A stretch of DNA of 55,630 bases from Moniliella sp. 'wahieum' (lineage: Eukaryota): assembly GCA_003971905.1 (NCBI GenBank), contig RSEE01000123.1, forward strand, positions 124,001-179,630, written 5' to 3'. The notes beneath the pieces are model-generated. The model was not told the DNA's origin. It saw nothing but the letters and a program-made list of their open reading frames with translations, and did not search any database. A program made the position numbers and the translations under genes. Below are positions 25,912-39,788 of this stretch, piece by piece (position 1 is the first letter of the stretch; each line of letters starts with the position of its first letter).

Positions 25912-26918
25912 GTGCTGCTGGTGCTGCTGGTGCTGCTGCTGGTGCTCCGGGCCCCGCTCCCGCCGCTGCGGCTCCCGCTCCTGCCGCTCCCCCCGCACCA
26001 CACAGATACACCCGTGCCGGTACCTCCCTCGGCGACAGAACGACCAGCAGGAAGTGGAGCCGGGCCTGCCGAGACGGGTGAGCAAGGCACTTCGGCTCAC
26101 CCTGCGCCGCTGTACCCTCCCGACAGGGAAGAGATGCGGCGTTTGCTGGAACAGTACTTCCCTGTTGTTGCACAAGACGATGCGGTGGAATGGACGCCCT
26201 TACCGCCTTTCCTTCCGCCCCACTTGGCCCCGACCATCCGTCTTCCTACGGAAGAAGCGACCGTTCCGCCCACGCGTTTCCTCACGCGGCAAGGCGTCGT
26301 GCAGTGGGAAGACATTCCTTTGACCGCGGTGGACGAAGAGTCGGTCACGGAGGCTCCGGCGGCACAGGAACCTGCCTCGGAAGCCGAGACCGACCCGCGG
26401 GAAATGGCACGGCAAGCGGCGCTGCGTAGGGCTCAGCCCCATGTTCATCCTACTCAGACACACCCCCACCCTAACCCCACCCGCATCCCCAAATTCAAAC
26501 GCAACCGCAAATACACCCCCCGGCCGCACCCGGTGTCGCTCCCACCTGTACCGCCTCTGCGCCTGCTGGGGACCCGGGCTACCCTGGGCTGGCATCCCAG
26601 CTGCTGCCACCTTCGGACGCGAATGCGAACGCGGACGCGGACGGTGCAAGGGCCGAGCGAAGGAGGGAGGACTTGAGCCATGCTTCGCCGGGCGTGCGGC
26701 GCTTAGCGCTCGTCCGGGCCGAGAACGAGTTGATGGACCTGCATCGGCAGTGGGGCGCCGAGGCAGGCGCAGGCGAAGCCGAGTACATTCGCATTCTACG
26801 CTCGTCACTCTTGGCGGACGAACGGGCGCGCGACTTGCACCGCGTTTTGGCCCAGGTCGAAAGGGCTTTGCCAGAGCCCATTCGCGCCCAAGCTCGTCGC
26901 GCCGCAGGTCTGTCCTAG
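24759..26918 (+). CDS. HRD1: ERAD RING-H2 E3 ubiquitin ligase (Hrd1/synoviolin)
   Basis: FFGPLRxxE, LLFLKTFHWLAEDRIEYMEQ, YGIPLYLVRDIY, RYRAATRNMDDRYP and RING CIICRE...[29 protein letters not shown]. Confidence 0.93.
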
Positions 26919-27625
26919 TCTCTTGGAGGTCCCGCTGCCGGTCCTGGTCCGGTCGCGTACCGCACACAGCGCCCAGCGCACGTCCCCGCGCGTCCCCGCG
27001 CCTTCTCGCACACTACATGTTACATTTCCTTCCTTGCCTTGCTTCGCGTACGGCACGCGCCCAACTCCTCGTTCTCGTTCTCAATGGATAGTTTCTCGGA
27101 CGTACATGTGTTACTTGTGTTTAGGGAACGGGGCAGGGCAGGGGGGGAAGGATGATTCGATTATGGATGAGGTCGATGAGGATGAGGTCATCCGGAAGGT
27201 AGCTGAATGGATAGGTATCGCTTGCGGTGAGAGGCGAGAGATGAGAGGTGGGATGGGAGAGAGGCCAGAACCAGCCGATTCAGCAGGGACGATCGAAGAC
27301 ATGCACACAATCGTCCGACCCGGCCCATCCAAACGCCGGCCATGTACCTAGTAACTTGAGGTGAACAGGTGAACTTCAACTTGAAGGAAACGCCTGCTGA
27401 CATGGGCGCGGCGGAAGCGGGGATTAATTAATTGCTTCGTCAGTAACTGGTAATTCCCGGTGGCGGCCCGCCGAAGAAAGGCAGGAGAGCCGTGTCTGGC
27501 GATACCAGTGTCATCGCTCATCGCTGACTCTGCCGCTGCGTGGCGCCTCGCCTTCTTCTTCTCGCCCCACCGCCACCGCCTGTCCGCCCTGCTTCTCGCC
27601 CCTCGCCCCGCCCCTAACCTCCACC

Positions 27626-28725
<1,100 letters not shown>

Positions 28726-29123
28726 TGCGTAATGCGGAATGGACTCCACGGCCAATCTATCAGCCTCCTCTATTCGTTTTCCCGAATTCGATTTCGGGCG
28801 GGGGGCAAATGTCACTTGCCATAGCGTCCATGTCCATCTGTTGTGCGGCGACCATCTAGTTCGGGCATCAAGCGAAGGCAGGTGAAGGCATCGGTTTGGA
28901 AGGAGGAAGTCGAGGTCGTGATGATGGCATGGACGACATGGACATGCATGATGATGACGACGTTAGTTGATGGAGGAGCGAGGAATTGAAATGACAACTA
29001 AGCCAGGCGCAAACCTCAAATTCCGAACCCACCCGCGCCGCGCCCCCTTGAGTCAGTCACTCACTAGTCACTCTGCCCATCCCCCGTCGGGTGCGCCACG
29101 TGCTCCACCATCCCCTGGCTGCG

Positions 29124-30177
29124 ATGAGCAAGTACAGCACGCTCCCGGACCTTGACACGGCCCCAGACGTCTACGTGTCTGATGGCGTCTCCGCTTCCGT
29201 GCCGCCGCCCTCCTCGCGCGCGGACAACGGGCAGAGAAGATGGAGCGTCTGCGGGCCGAGATTGAAGATTTGGCCACGTACGATTCCGACGACAGTTTGG
29301 ACGATGATGGAGTGGCCATGGCCATGGGCACGGCCACGGGCCCAGCACCCACCAAAGACCCACCTACCAACCTGCTGGACAAATCCTCTCCCTCTCTCGT
29401 ACCGTCGACACTTCAGCCCCTTGCCGATGTGCGCGGGGCGAACCAACCCTGGCCTCGGTCGCAGAACAAGTGGAGGAACTAGCGCGGGACATAGGCGTGC
29501 GCGATCCTACTTCGCCCCCCGCTGCTTCTGCCTCGCCACGCTGCGCACAAGTCGCGCTTCTCACCCAACCGCGCCAACTGGACGCGATCACGCGCCGACT
29601 CAAAACGCTCGCCTTGCACACCGATCCACCCGCTGCTCCAGCCGAGGAAAGTGCGGACCTAGGCGCACTGCTGCGCACACAAGCGCGCGTCGAACCCCTG
29701 TTACCCTTACCCGCTGCACTATTGGCGCGGATGCGCAGTTTAAGTGGCGTGCATGCCCAAGCGGCGGCCGTACGGACTTCCCTGGCTACCGCCGGTGACG
29801 ATGTAGCTACGTTGGCCCAGCGCGAACGTCATCGCGCCCTCCTCCTGGCCCAGCTGCAACACGCTATCCGCGATAACATGCTCGTTCAACAGGCTAACGT
29901 GAAGGCGCTTACTCAGCGTACCGATCGTCTTGCCGCTCGCGTTGCTGCCCTTGGCTCTTCCGCTTCCCCAGCCCCTGCGGCCCCGAATGACCCGCCCGAG
30001 CAAGATGCGCCCGAGCAAGATGCGCCTTCGAAAGATGTGCCTGAGAAAGATGTGCCTGCGAAAAGTGCGCCTGAGCAAGATGCGCCCGAGCAAGATGTGC
30101 CTCAGCAAGGCGTGCCAGAGAGGGATGAGCCAGATACGGATGGGCAAGATGCGAAGCGGGGGATGAGGGAGGCGTGA
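29124..30177 (+). CDS. Dynactin subunit p50 (dynamitin)-like
   Basis: N-terminus MSKYSTLPDLDTAPDVY is typical of fungal dynamitin; also LPALLARMRSLSGVHAQA and coiled coils. Confidence 0.75.
29998..30132 (+). repeat. Coding 15-bp tandem repeat, 9 units (consensus GAGCAAGATGYGCCY, EQDAP/EQDVP)
   Basis: Direct reading at the dynamitin C-terminus. Confidence 0.85.
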
Positions 30178-30552
30178 ATTGGATACCCGGGGATGCTGTG
30201 GACAGCAGACGGTCACACGCAAGCGAGAGCAACCCCAGTGGCGGCTCGGCAAGCCTGTAAGCAGGTTACAGCTGTGAGATGCGAGATGCGAGATGCGAGA
30301 GAAGGTAGATGCGTGGCGTTCGAGTGGGACTCTTTGGGCTGGATATTGGATGGCCTGGCGAAGGGTGAAACGTTAATCGAGTTGGTCGATCACCGATCAC
30401 CGATCACCGTCAGCATTACTCAACCTCCCATACTCCAGTCCGCTTCCGCCTCGGCCACGTTGCACCGACCCACTGCGTTTGGGTGGTTGCTTGCCTTTCC
30501 GTAGCCAACCAACGGGACCCTACCCACACCCCACCCACCCACACCCACATCC

Positions 30553-30990
30553 ATGCCCGCCTCGTCCACGCTGCCCAGGGGCGAAGACCTTCCCCACTCG
30601 CTGTACGTTTCCCACCGCCCCATCTGCCCCCCCCCCTTCCCGCGTACTCACCCCCCCAGCTCGCTGCGCATCCCCTACCCGTCTCAGCACGATGCCCAGA
30701 TCGTCCAGCGCGTCCTGACCGTCGACAAGGAACTGCGTCCGATGGACGTGGTCAAGACCTGGTCCATCTCCTCTCCTCCTTCTCCTCCTCCCCCCGGAAG
30801 CAACAGCACCACCACCACCACGCCCGCCCCGGCTGAACTCGCCATCACCATCTACGCCTCGGACACCCGCTCGCTCCGGCTCAGTGCCAATGCGTTGCTG
30901 GAGGATGTGGCTCTGGTCACGCGTCCATCCATGCGTTCCACCAGACGCCATGCGCGCTGCGCGCAACCAGGCCTCGAGATGGCTCGGTAG
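30553..30990 (+). CDS. PCC1: EKC/KEOPS complex subunit Pcc1; intron 30603-30659; 3' end approximate
   Basis: HSLSLRIPYPS..AQIVQRVLTVDKEL and ASDTRSLRLSANALLEDVALV. Confidence 0.8.
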   Translation: MPASSTLPRGEDLPHSLYVSHRPICPPPFPRTHPPSSLRIPYPSQHDAQIVQRVLTVDKELRPMDVVKTWSISSPPSPPPPGSNSTTTTTPAPAELAITIYASDTRSLRLSANALLEDVALVTRPSMRSTRRHARCAQPGLEMAR

Positions 30991-33123
30991 GACGCGCAGG
31001 ATAAGTCGTCTTGCTCGCTTCCTCCACTGTGTGTGTTATCCTTAGGCGTGTCCTTGGGCTTGCCCAAGAGGATCACGCTCAGTTTGGGTTGCCTCCCCAC
31101 TCCATTCGCTAGGGCCTGCATCTTCCCTCCCTTTGCACAACCATCAACGTCATCTTTTTTTTTTTCCTTTTCATCTCCCCAGCTTGACTGTTCCATCATA
31201 CCATGTGCCCACCTACTCCCATGCATTCAACCCTACATGTTGCACCTTCCTCCTGTGCTCTTCGCCTTTGGGGCCTCCTTTGATTCGTTCAAGGTCCACT
31301 GCCGCAGCAGGACGCTAGTTGTGCTCCTGCGTGTAGGAGGAGAGAAAAAAACAAGGAGCGGTCCCATGGGGAAGTGATCGGGGGGGGGGTGAGAGGGGCA
31401 AGGCAAGTTGATGGTACGTCAGGGACCAATAAGGGCTTCCCCTCCCATCTACTCATTCTTCCGCGTAGACTCCGCCGCAGGCGTCGTCCAAGCTGCATGC
31501 CTATTCACGGTGCCTCCGCTTTGGCATCATGGACGGTGCAAGGCTTGGTGCCAATGCCTACGGTTATGGTTCCCGGTGAACTCTCCTCGTCCGCATCACC
31601 TGTTTGGATTGGACCCCAGGATGTGCATCCGACGTGCACCCCCTCCCCTCCTCACAGTAAAGATCAACTTGATCAGTCACGGGTCACGGTGCATATGTGC
31701 GCATCTACCTTGGCTGATTTCCGGGCCCGAATCTTCACGTAGAGCGGAACGACGGGTGGACCACTTGATCCTCATCATACTCATAGCCGCTGGCTGCATC
31801 GCGCACGGTTGCAGAGACGCCACCGGCCGCTCAGACCGGGTGAGGCACGCCTTTGACCATCGTCGTCCAAACCCAACAGCAGAAACCAGACCATATCGCA
31901 CGCCTGTACAGCCACTGGGAGCCTCGGAGCGGTACCCACCGTCCCGTCGCTTGGATCGTCGTGGGCCCAGTGACGAGGCGACGAGCACCCCAACCACCCG
32001 CGTTCCCGTCTTCCGCGCCAAGAGTGTCGTGGGAAACAAGAGCAAGGCATCGGTGGGTCAGTCCGGAGTCGGTATCTGCCCGGCGGGATCCAAATCCTTC
32101 TTCGTCCTTCTTCGGTCGGACGGTCGTCCAAAGTGTACTGCAGTATGGATTATCGATTGTTGGGTATCGGTTGTCACATGCCAGCGGCAGCCGGGGAGCT
32201 TTGGTGGCTGTTCTCCATGGAGTTTGCTCACTCTTCGTTGCGCCCAGCCCGCACCGGAGTTCCGTGCCAGCGTCCCCCGCGCTCCAATTGTCATCCATTC
32301 CGCTTACTCTGTGAGCCGGGGCCGTCACGCGTCGCCCGTCCCCAGCATGGCGCAGGACATGTCTTCCACTGGGCTGCTCAGCTTGAACGCCAAGTAGGCC
32401 ATTGGCCGCGGGGGGACCACTCCCTGGCCCCCGGAACTGCGGGCAAGCTCCAGCTGGCAGCGTTGGCACCCATCATGCATCAGGAGAGCGGACGTGAGCC
32501 GGTCTTGGCTCAAGCAGGCTCATGAATCGGATCGGACCAATACCCCACCAGTGTCGGACTGGTGAAGCAACTTGTACTTAGTACCGAGCGAGCGAGGCGA
32601 GGGAAGGGAGAGACTGCGGGCCACGGAGGGCTGAGTCCCGGAAGGTGCCGACGGCTGGTTGCTGGTTGTTGAGGCCGCGGTGCGCTCTCCAGGTGCTCAG
32701 GTGTCCAGGGTTCAGCGCTCACCATAATGCCGCAAGGGTCATTCAATTGAATCTTGAAGCTTGACCATCCAAGATGATCTTGGCGATCGTATAGCTCTTG
32801 GAGCTGGCTCCCTATATATAGTTGCGACTGCGCCACAAAAACTCATAGGATGTTTGCCCTCGCTATTAGCGCGGAATGTCCGCCAAGCTCGAACGCCACA
32901 GAGCTCCGACTCTTTCCTGGCCCGGCCTACTGGGCTGTGGACGAAAAACATAACGAGACGGGCCGACAGCTTTGGGGAAGAAGCGAGGAGGAGGGATACG
33001 GAACTCCGGGGGGGGCCAGTGTGTGTCATTGCAGCCTTGTGGCCAACGCCACATTTGGAAGATCGAAGACATACAGTACTCTGCCTGATTCGCTTTTTTG
33101 CCGCGGCGCTGAGGAGGACAACA

Positions 33124-33132
33124 TATATAAAG
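33124..33132 (+). promoter_or_regulatory. TATA box of secreted-protein gene
   Basis: TATATAAAG ~100 bp upstream of ATG 33230. Confidence 0.55.
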
Positions 33133-33229
33133 AGACGATGGATCGATATGTCCACCCCTTTTCCTTCCACCCAACATCCGTTCCACGTTTTTTGTTCGCC
33201 CTCCCCTCGCCTTTCCACTCTTTCTCACC

Positions 33230-33959
33230 ATGATGTCCTCTACCGCGCCCTCTTCTCTCTCGCCGCCCTGCCTGCCGCGCTGGCCATGCCCTCTCTTCCG
33301 CGCGACACCCCTTCTGCTCAAGGCCCTGCTCACCTCGTGCTCATTGGGCGCGCCAACGAGGGAACTACGCCTCCACCAACTATATCTCCTTTGGCAACCA
33401 GGGCTCAACTGACTCCTTGTCGACCGCAGCTGTACGTCCTACATCTCTCGGATGGTAGACCCCCCCCATTGAGAGTCACACAGCTGATGATTAAGCGCGA
33501 CGAGATGCTGCTGTGCTGACCGCTCTGAGGACAGAACAAGTCGCAGGAATTCTACTTCCAGTCGCTGAGTTCCAGTGCGAACGGCGAGAGTGCCATCGGC
33601 CGTCTGACACTCGACTCGAGCGCGTCCAAGTGCGTCACAGCCAATACCACCTCGGTCGACGCGCCCTTGATCGTGTTCGATGCGCCTTGCACCGACGTGT
33701 CGGACCAACAGACCAAGTGGCAACTGTTTTACCTTAAGGGCTCCACCACCAACGATGGGTTTAACGTTACGTCCATCCAATTTAACCCGCAGTCGGGCGC
33801 TCACGCCTCCTCCCCGCCCAAGTACAACTTTAGTTTCTTCACGCAGGCCCATGACCCGGCCGCGGGTCTCCGCGCAGAAGATTGCGACCTTACCCATTCA
33901 TCGGACTGCCCTACGACTGGTCGTACACCGTTACCTTCGATGCCCCCCTGGCCAAGTAA
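33230..33959 (+). CDS. Small secreted protein (~200 aa, 4 Cys), effector or lectin-like candidate; intron 33432-33534
   Basis: Signal-peptide-like ALFSLAALPAALA-MP, canonical intron, and an open exon NKSQEFYFQ...KCVTANTTSVDAPLIVFDAPCTDVSDQQTKWQLF...EDCDLTHSSDCP. Small indels are needed to join the segments. Confidence 0.65.
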
Positions 33960-34465
33960 GCAAGTGATCGTCATTGTCCGCGTCTCAGGCAGGGTGGGTT
34001 AGTGGGTTCGAACGATTTGCCCCACCCCTTTTGACCCCCCTCGCCTGCTCTTCTATGTCCCCACATGCCTCTCCAGTGCAGTCCAGCTGGCCAAATAGAC
34101 CTTCCCTTCTCGCGCGGGCCAGTTGTAGGGTCAAGCCCACCCACAGTACAGCGGATCGTCCGCATCATCCATCGTCGTTCTCTCTCTCCCTGGTGTGCTT
34201 GTAGATTAGCTAGGCACAGCGACGCGAGACATCGTGGGTATGACTAGTATGTAGCGAAGGCCGCCTCGGACCAAGAAGCAGAGAATGAGCTACAAAGTGG
34301 GTTGGGGGGCGGGCGATATCGATATCCATTCGATATCCATTCGATCATGATATTGCACTTGATCTTGATCTTGATCTTGATGTTGAGGTTCTTAGGGCAA
34401 GGTGGGGAAGCATACACACGTTGTCTTCGATCAACGTAACGCCACTTCTTTCGCTAACTTGGTAC

Positions 34466-35698
34466 TTACGCGTCGTCCACCACAACCGCCTTGAGCTTCT
34501 TCTGGCCCTCGGTCTGCAGCTTGTCAATCGCATCGGTCACCTTCTTGATCTCCTTGTCAACCTGGACATGCACCGTCAGTAACTCAATCCCATCCTTCCG
34601 CCCGCCCACTCCCACAGGAGGGAAAGGAAAGAACCGAAAGCCCCCAACAAAGACCCAAACCAACAACCCAGACCAAAAAGAACAAATCATCACATACATC
34701 CTTCTCGAACTTTTTGCCCTCCGACTCGCCAATGAGACCCTCATTGACATCATTCTTGATGCCCTTCATGGCGACCCGACGCACATCGCGCACCTCCCTT
34801 CGGGAATGCTCCGCGGCCTTGCCCAGGTCCTTGATCAACCCATCCCGCAACTCCACCGTCGGCTTGGGCACCGGAATCCGAATCGTACCTTCCTCGTCAC
34901 CCGGCTGGATCATCGGGACCAAATCCAACGACGAGTCGTACACGGCCTTCTCCACCGCCTTGACCGACTGGGACCTTTGCGTTAGCTTGCTCGCAGAGAC
35001 CAAGGTGGGAGGAAGGGGGGGAGGAGAAGTGCGTACCTCTGGGTCAAAGCAGTGAACGAGGAACTGGTTGTTCTGCACACCCACCGTAGCGAGTTCCATC
35101 AGGCTGTGACTCGAGTCCTTGTCGTTATGGTGCAGCTGCACCACCAGTTTCTCCAGCATCTCTGTTCCACACCATACGCATCAGTCTCAAGTCCGGTACT
35201 CGCCGCTCTTTCTCAGCGGGAAGAACACAAGGCAAAGCCAAAGGAAAGCAACCTCAAACCAACGTACTTGGATCCGGCCGGCCCACACGCGACAGCAAGT
35301 CCGCCACCGCCGTCTTGCCCCGCGTCAGGATATGTTCCACCTTGGATGGGACGTAGTCAGGGTCGTACTCGGGCTCACCGGCCGACGACTTGTTGGCCTT
35401 TTTGCCCCGCGGCGCATCGTCCTCCTCCTCGTCCTCCTCCACCTTCTTGCCCTTCTTGCCCTTGTCCTTCTTACTGTCCTTCTTGTTGTCCTTCTTGTTG
35501 TCCTTCTTCAGTGCGGGGGGGGACACATGCAGTGCCCGCACCGGCGCTGCAAAAGCCATGCCCACGGGCGAAGGCCCGTGCGACACGTGTGACACCGCCG
35601 CAGCGGCTCCCACTGCGCCCCGAGCCGCACTCTGGGACAGGGAGGCACGCGGTCCCGCGCACAACAATCGGAAGACGGCGCAGGAGCGTGGTCTTCAT
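34466..35698 (-). CDS. RRF1: Mitochondrial ribosome recycling factor; introns 35162-35267, 34968-35036, 34562-34697
   Basis: Presequence plus Lys-rich segment, SRVGRPDP, LMELATVGV, VKAVEKAVYDSSLDL, IRIPVPKPT and AEHSRREVRDVRR. Confidence 0.8.
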
Positions 35699-36006
35699 CA
35701 CGAGCAGGTTGGTGGGCCAAAGCTCGTGCGTGGGCTCCGTTGCCCTGGCTTTGGCCTGCCTTGGGCCTTCCTCCTTCCTCCTCTCTCAGCGCCTGCTGCT
35801 CCTGCGCCGCCCCGTCCTTCCGCATGGCCTGTGCAGCCGGGGGGGGGGGGCGGAAGACGGGCGGAAGGCAGACGCGCAGCCACCGCGGCGCTTGCGTTCC
35901 GCCCTGCCTAGTGTCTGTGGAATTCCGCCGCGGCGCGCCCCTTGGCCCTGCCGCCCCACTTCGCCTCGCTGGTGCCGACCACCTCACCTCGTCTTGCTCG
36001 CACGCC

Positions 36007-36624
36007 ATGGTACGTCCTCCTCGCCGCGCTGGCTGCAAGCCACGCTCTGCTCTTCGCTCCCCTCCCTCTTCGTTGCTCTTCTTCCGTGGCTGGCGGACGA
36101 CTGAGGGCTGACGGCTGATGGCCGATGGCTGATGGCTGATGGCTGACGGCTGACTGGCTCTGCCGACAGGGAGCTTCGGACCGCTTGCTCGGCGGCTCAC
36201 TCATGGCCGCCGCCACGTTCATCTTACCTACTACACGCTCTGGGCCTTGGTCACTGTACGTCGCCTCTCCCCTCTCGTTCGTCCGGCTTGCATGCACCTG
36301 TACCTGCACCTGGATCTGGACCTGGACCGGCATTGGCCCCAGACACCCACCTAACCTACCGCTCCCGCTCCTGCTATGACCTATGCCCCGTTGTGTAATG
36401 CTAATGCTAACGTTGTGCGGTTATGTGCTTGTGTGTGTGTGTGCAGCCGCTGTTACCGGCCGATGCGTACCTGCAAACCTTTTTCCCCGACCGGGTGTGG
36501 GCCATCCGTCTGCCCGCCGTGGCGCTCGTCGTTGGCCTCAGTGGCATCGGCGCGTTTGTCGGCATGGTCCTCAAGAAGGGGCCGATAAGAAGCGTCAAAA
36601 GCAGGCAAACGTATTGTCGAGTAA
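36007..36624 (+). CDS. DPM2: Dolichol-phosphate-mannose synthase regulatory subunit; ATG-only exon 1; introns 36010-36169 and 36256-36446; 3' end approximate
   Basis: MGASDRLLGGSLMAAATFIxxYYTLWALVT|PLLPADAYLQTFFPDRVWAIRLPAVALVVGLSGIGAFVGMVL. Confidence 0.85.
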
Positions 36625-37465
36625 CCTACCCTACCATCCTTACATCTCATATCTCACCTCCTTCCCCTCCCCCTCCTTCCCTCCATCCATTCCTCCCCCC
36701 CCCTCCTCCTTATCTACCTACCCTGCCTACTGGCCTGCCTGCCTTTCGCTTTCCCTTGTAACTCTCCGCACACCACGATGACAATGGGCGATGGGCGATC
36801 CCCGATGGTGGGCTATGGACATGGTAGCCTGGTCGCAGCCTGGCCGTGCTAGCTCGGCAGGCCGCGCGATCGGTGAGACACCTAACTAGGCTGCGGTACC
36901 TGGCTCGTGAGAGGTACACATACACGTACACGTACACGTACATGCATCCCTGCCAGGCAAAGGAAAGGATGCTGCAAGAATGGATTTCGCGGGTCGTACA
37001 ACGATGGTTCGGGATCGCGCGGTTGCGCGATCGCGCGATCTTCAATCAGGTTACCCAGGTAACTAATCAGCTCTAGGTCGATCGTAGCGTATGCTGGCCC
37101 ATGCACTGTGCCTACTCGCTTGGGGGTTAGCGGTTGGGGGGGAGGGGGGAGGGGGAGTGAGGAGTGAGAGGGGTGGGGTGGGAGGCGGGGGGTTGAGGGC
37201 GGGGGGTATCACAGTCCACCACAAAAGCGGAAGGTAAAGGAAATTAGGGGACAGAAGCGGATGCGAGTACGGGGCGTCTGGGAATTGGGAGTTGGGAGGG
37301 GGAGGGGGAGGTGGGAGGTAGGGGATTGGGACAGGGGTCGAGAGAGCCGAGAGAGCCATGCGGAGAACAGGGAAGCTGGGAACAAAGAGGAGGAGGGGGA
37401 AGAACATGCGTAAAAAGGTCGTTGGCGTCACGACTGCCGTGGAGGCAGAAGCGAGGAAGGAGGAG

Positions 37466-39788
37466 TTAGAGTGCGCCATCCAGCACTGCTCGTACGTCCT
37501 CCACCTTGGTCAGGTCGAGGAGGAAAGGACACATGTCCAACAACTCTGTATCGTGCGGGTCGGAGAACCAGGAGGAAACCGGCACGGCATTCGTAGCGTG
37601 GAAAATGTAGGAAGCGGGTGAGTTGTCCAGGATAATCACCTCCTTCACGTGCCTTCCGAGCATCGATAGGTTTCACGTACGTCCCGCGGTGGGGTAAACA
37701 GTGTTCCCGGAACAGACGGTGGCGAACAACACGATGAATGTCCAGTAGGTCCAGTACGGGGTCCGCGTACTTGCTCAACGAAGGGTAAAGACTACAATCT
37801 CATACGCCTCGCCCATCCGGCGTAGAAATTCGTCCACCCCCGGCCGTTTCGCCACATACACATGGTGCACTTCCTCCTCAATCTCGACGGGTACAATAAA
37901 GTCCGCCTGGGGGATCATCTTGAAGGAAGAATGGACCAACGTCTCGTCCAAATCCAGCACAAGACACTTCCGACCTTGATCTTGCGGATGCACCTCTTCC
38001 AACAGAGGCATCGGATTGCCCTGCTCGTCATGCGGCACCCCAGCCCCACCTTGTAAAATCAACCGTTGCTCCTCCTCCAACTCCCATTGAAGCCACTGCA
38101 TCATAATACACATCTCTTTCCCCTGGGACCTCGGTCCCGTCCGCTTCCGCTTCCGCTTCCGCTTCCGCTTCCGCTTCCGTCCCATCAACAGGTGTCACAG
38201 CAATCCCCACCTCGTCCTCCGAGGGGATCCCGATCCATCCCCATCGTCCAGATCCAGCCCAAGACCAGCCACCTCCTCCTCCTGCGCAGGCGAACCAGAT
38301 GGCTGGTCGTGCGCAGCAGGCGACGCAGCAGGCCCAACCACCAACTCTGCCAACGAAGACGACACGGGCATCGCAGCCCGCTCCAGCGTCGGCGTAGGCG
38401 GTGGCAAACTCGACCCGGGCGGAACAAACCGCGGCAGACAACACATCCTCCGTCTCCTCCCGCCCAACTAGCTTGCCACCCACCACCAGGCGCGTAGGCC
38501 CGCTCGGGCGCGAGTCGTGCGTCCAGCGCGAATCCGTCGACGACTTGTGCTGCATCCGTGGCGCAGCCAAGGTGTACGCACCTGCTTCGGCGGGGGGGTG
38601 CGTCGCGGTCTGTTGCGCCGTGGCTCAGAGAGGGAAGGGTCATCTTCCTCTCCCCTCGCTCGTGCTCGTGCTCATGCTCATGCTCGTGCTTGTGGATGGA
38701 AGCGGTGGAGCTAGCTGCGATAGCCGTCTTGGGCAGTAGCGCAGCTTGGCTTGTCCCGCTCGCCGCCGCCGTTCTTCCGCCGACGTGGACGGCGTAACGG
38801 TCTCCGTGTCGGATGGAGAGAAGGGGCGGTGGCGCCTGCCCCTGCCCCTGTACCTGTACCTGCGCCTAGTGCACGAGCATCGGTCTCCTTCTCCTTCTCC
38901 TTCTCCTGCGCGGGGGGGGGAGCAAGCGTGTTGGGTGTAGCGGGCGAGGAAGACCGAGGTCCGAGCAGGTTGGGTGAGCCTTTTGTTGGAGGGTGCTTTT
39001 CCACAGCGGAGAACCCGAAGCCGTAGCCGTGGCTGTAGCATCGGCACCAGCCGAAGCCGAAGCCGAAACCGACACTCCATCTCCATAGGCCATCTCTTCC
39101 GTTTCAGCCGAGGCACAGATAAACAGCCGTACCAGCCGCCGCAATGGACCGACCTTCCTGCCTGGCGTGACCTTTTCTCGGGCGACAGGGGCGGCGAGGA
39201 GGCGTAGGCGTCCTTTGGCGCAGCCTGAGCCTGACCACGCAATGGTGCACCCGGGGTGCGATAAGATGATACGGGTGTTGGGCCCGAGGTCGGGGGGGCG
39301 CAGGGTCAGGCACGGGATCGGCATCGGCATCGGCATCGGCATCGGAGCAAGCCTGGTTGGCCTGTGCAGGGGATACAATGGTGGCACGGGAGGACGAGGG
39401 CGCAGCAGGGCTCGTGGAATCGGACGGACGGGGAGGCGGTGGATGTGCCGACGGAGAGGCGATGGGGCACGGGAGGACGAGGGCGCAGCAGTGGCCGTGG
39501 AGTCGGACGGACCGGGCGCCGGTGGAGGCGCTGACGACGCAAGGGCGGACGGGGGGGAAGTGGGCGAGTGGGCGGTGGGGGGGAGGGAGGAGGAAGGTGC
39601 TGAGCAAGACAGAGTGGCGGCGCTGCTGGTAAGGTGCGCACGGGCAGCATGTTCAGCAGCGTGGATGGCTTGTTGTGTCTGCTCGGGCGAGGCAGGGCAG
39701 CGGCGAGCGGGAGAGGACGACGGAGGGGCAGGAGGCCAGCGCTGGCTTCAGGAGCGACCTGGGTGATCACGTCGGCGCTGCTACTCAT
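37466..39788 (-). CDS. PSR1: CTD-small-phosphatase-like HAD phosphatase (NIF domain) with long low-complexity N-terminus
   Basis: [69 protein letters not shown] and [12 protein letters not shown]. Confidence 0.88.

Noticed and set aside
26920..27620. Short ORFs between HRD1 and HEM2
   Set aside because: No recognisable family or consistent splice model.
31000..33200. ORFs 31408-32397 and 31831-32469
   Set aside because: No motifs and non-coding-like composition; treated as intergenic or promoter DNA.
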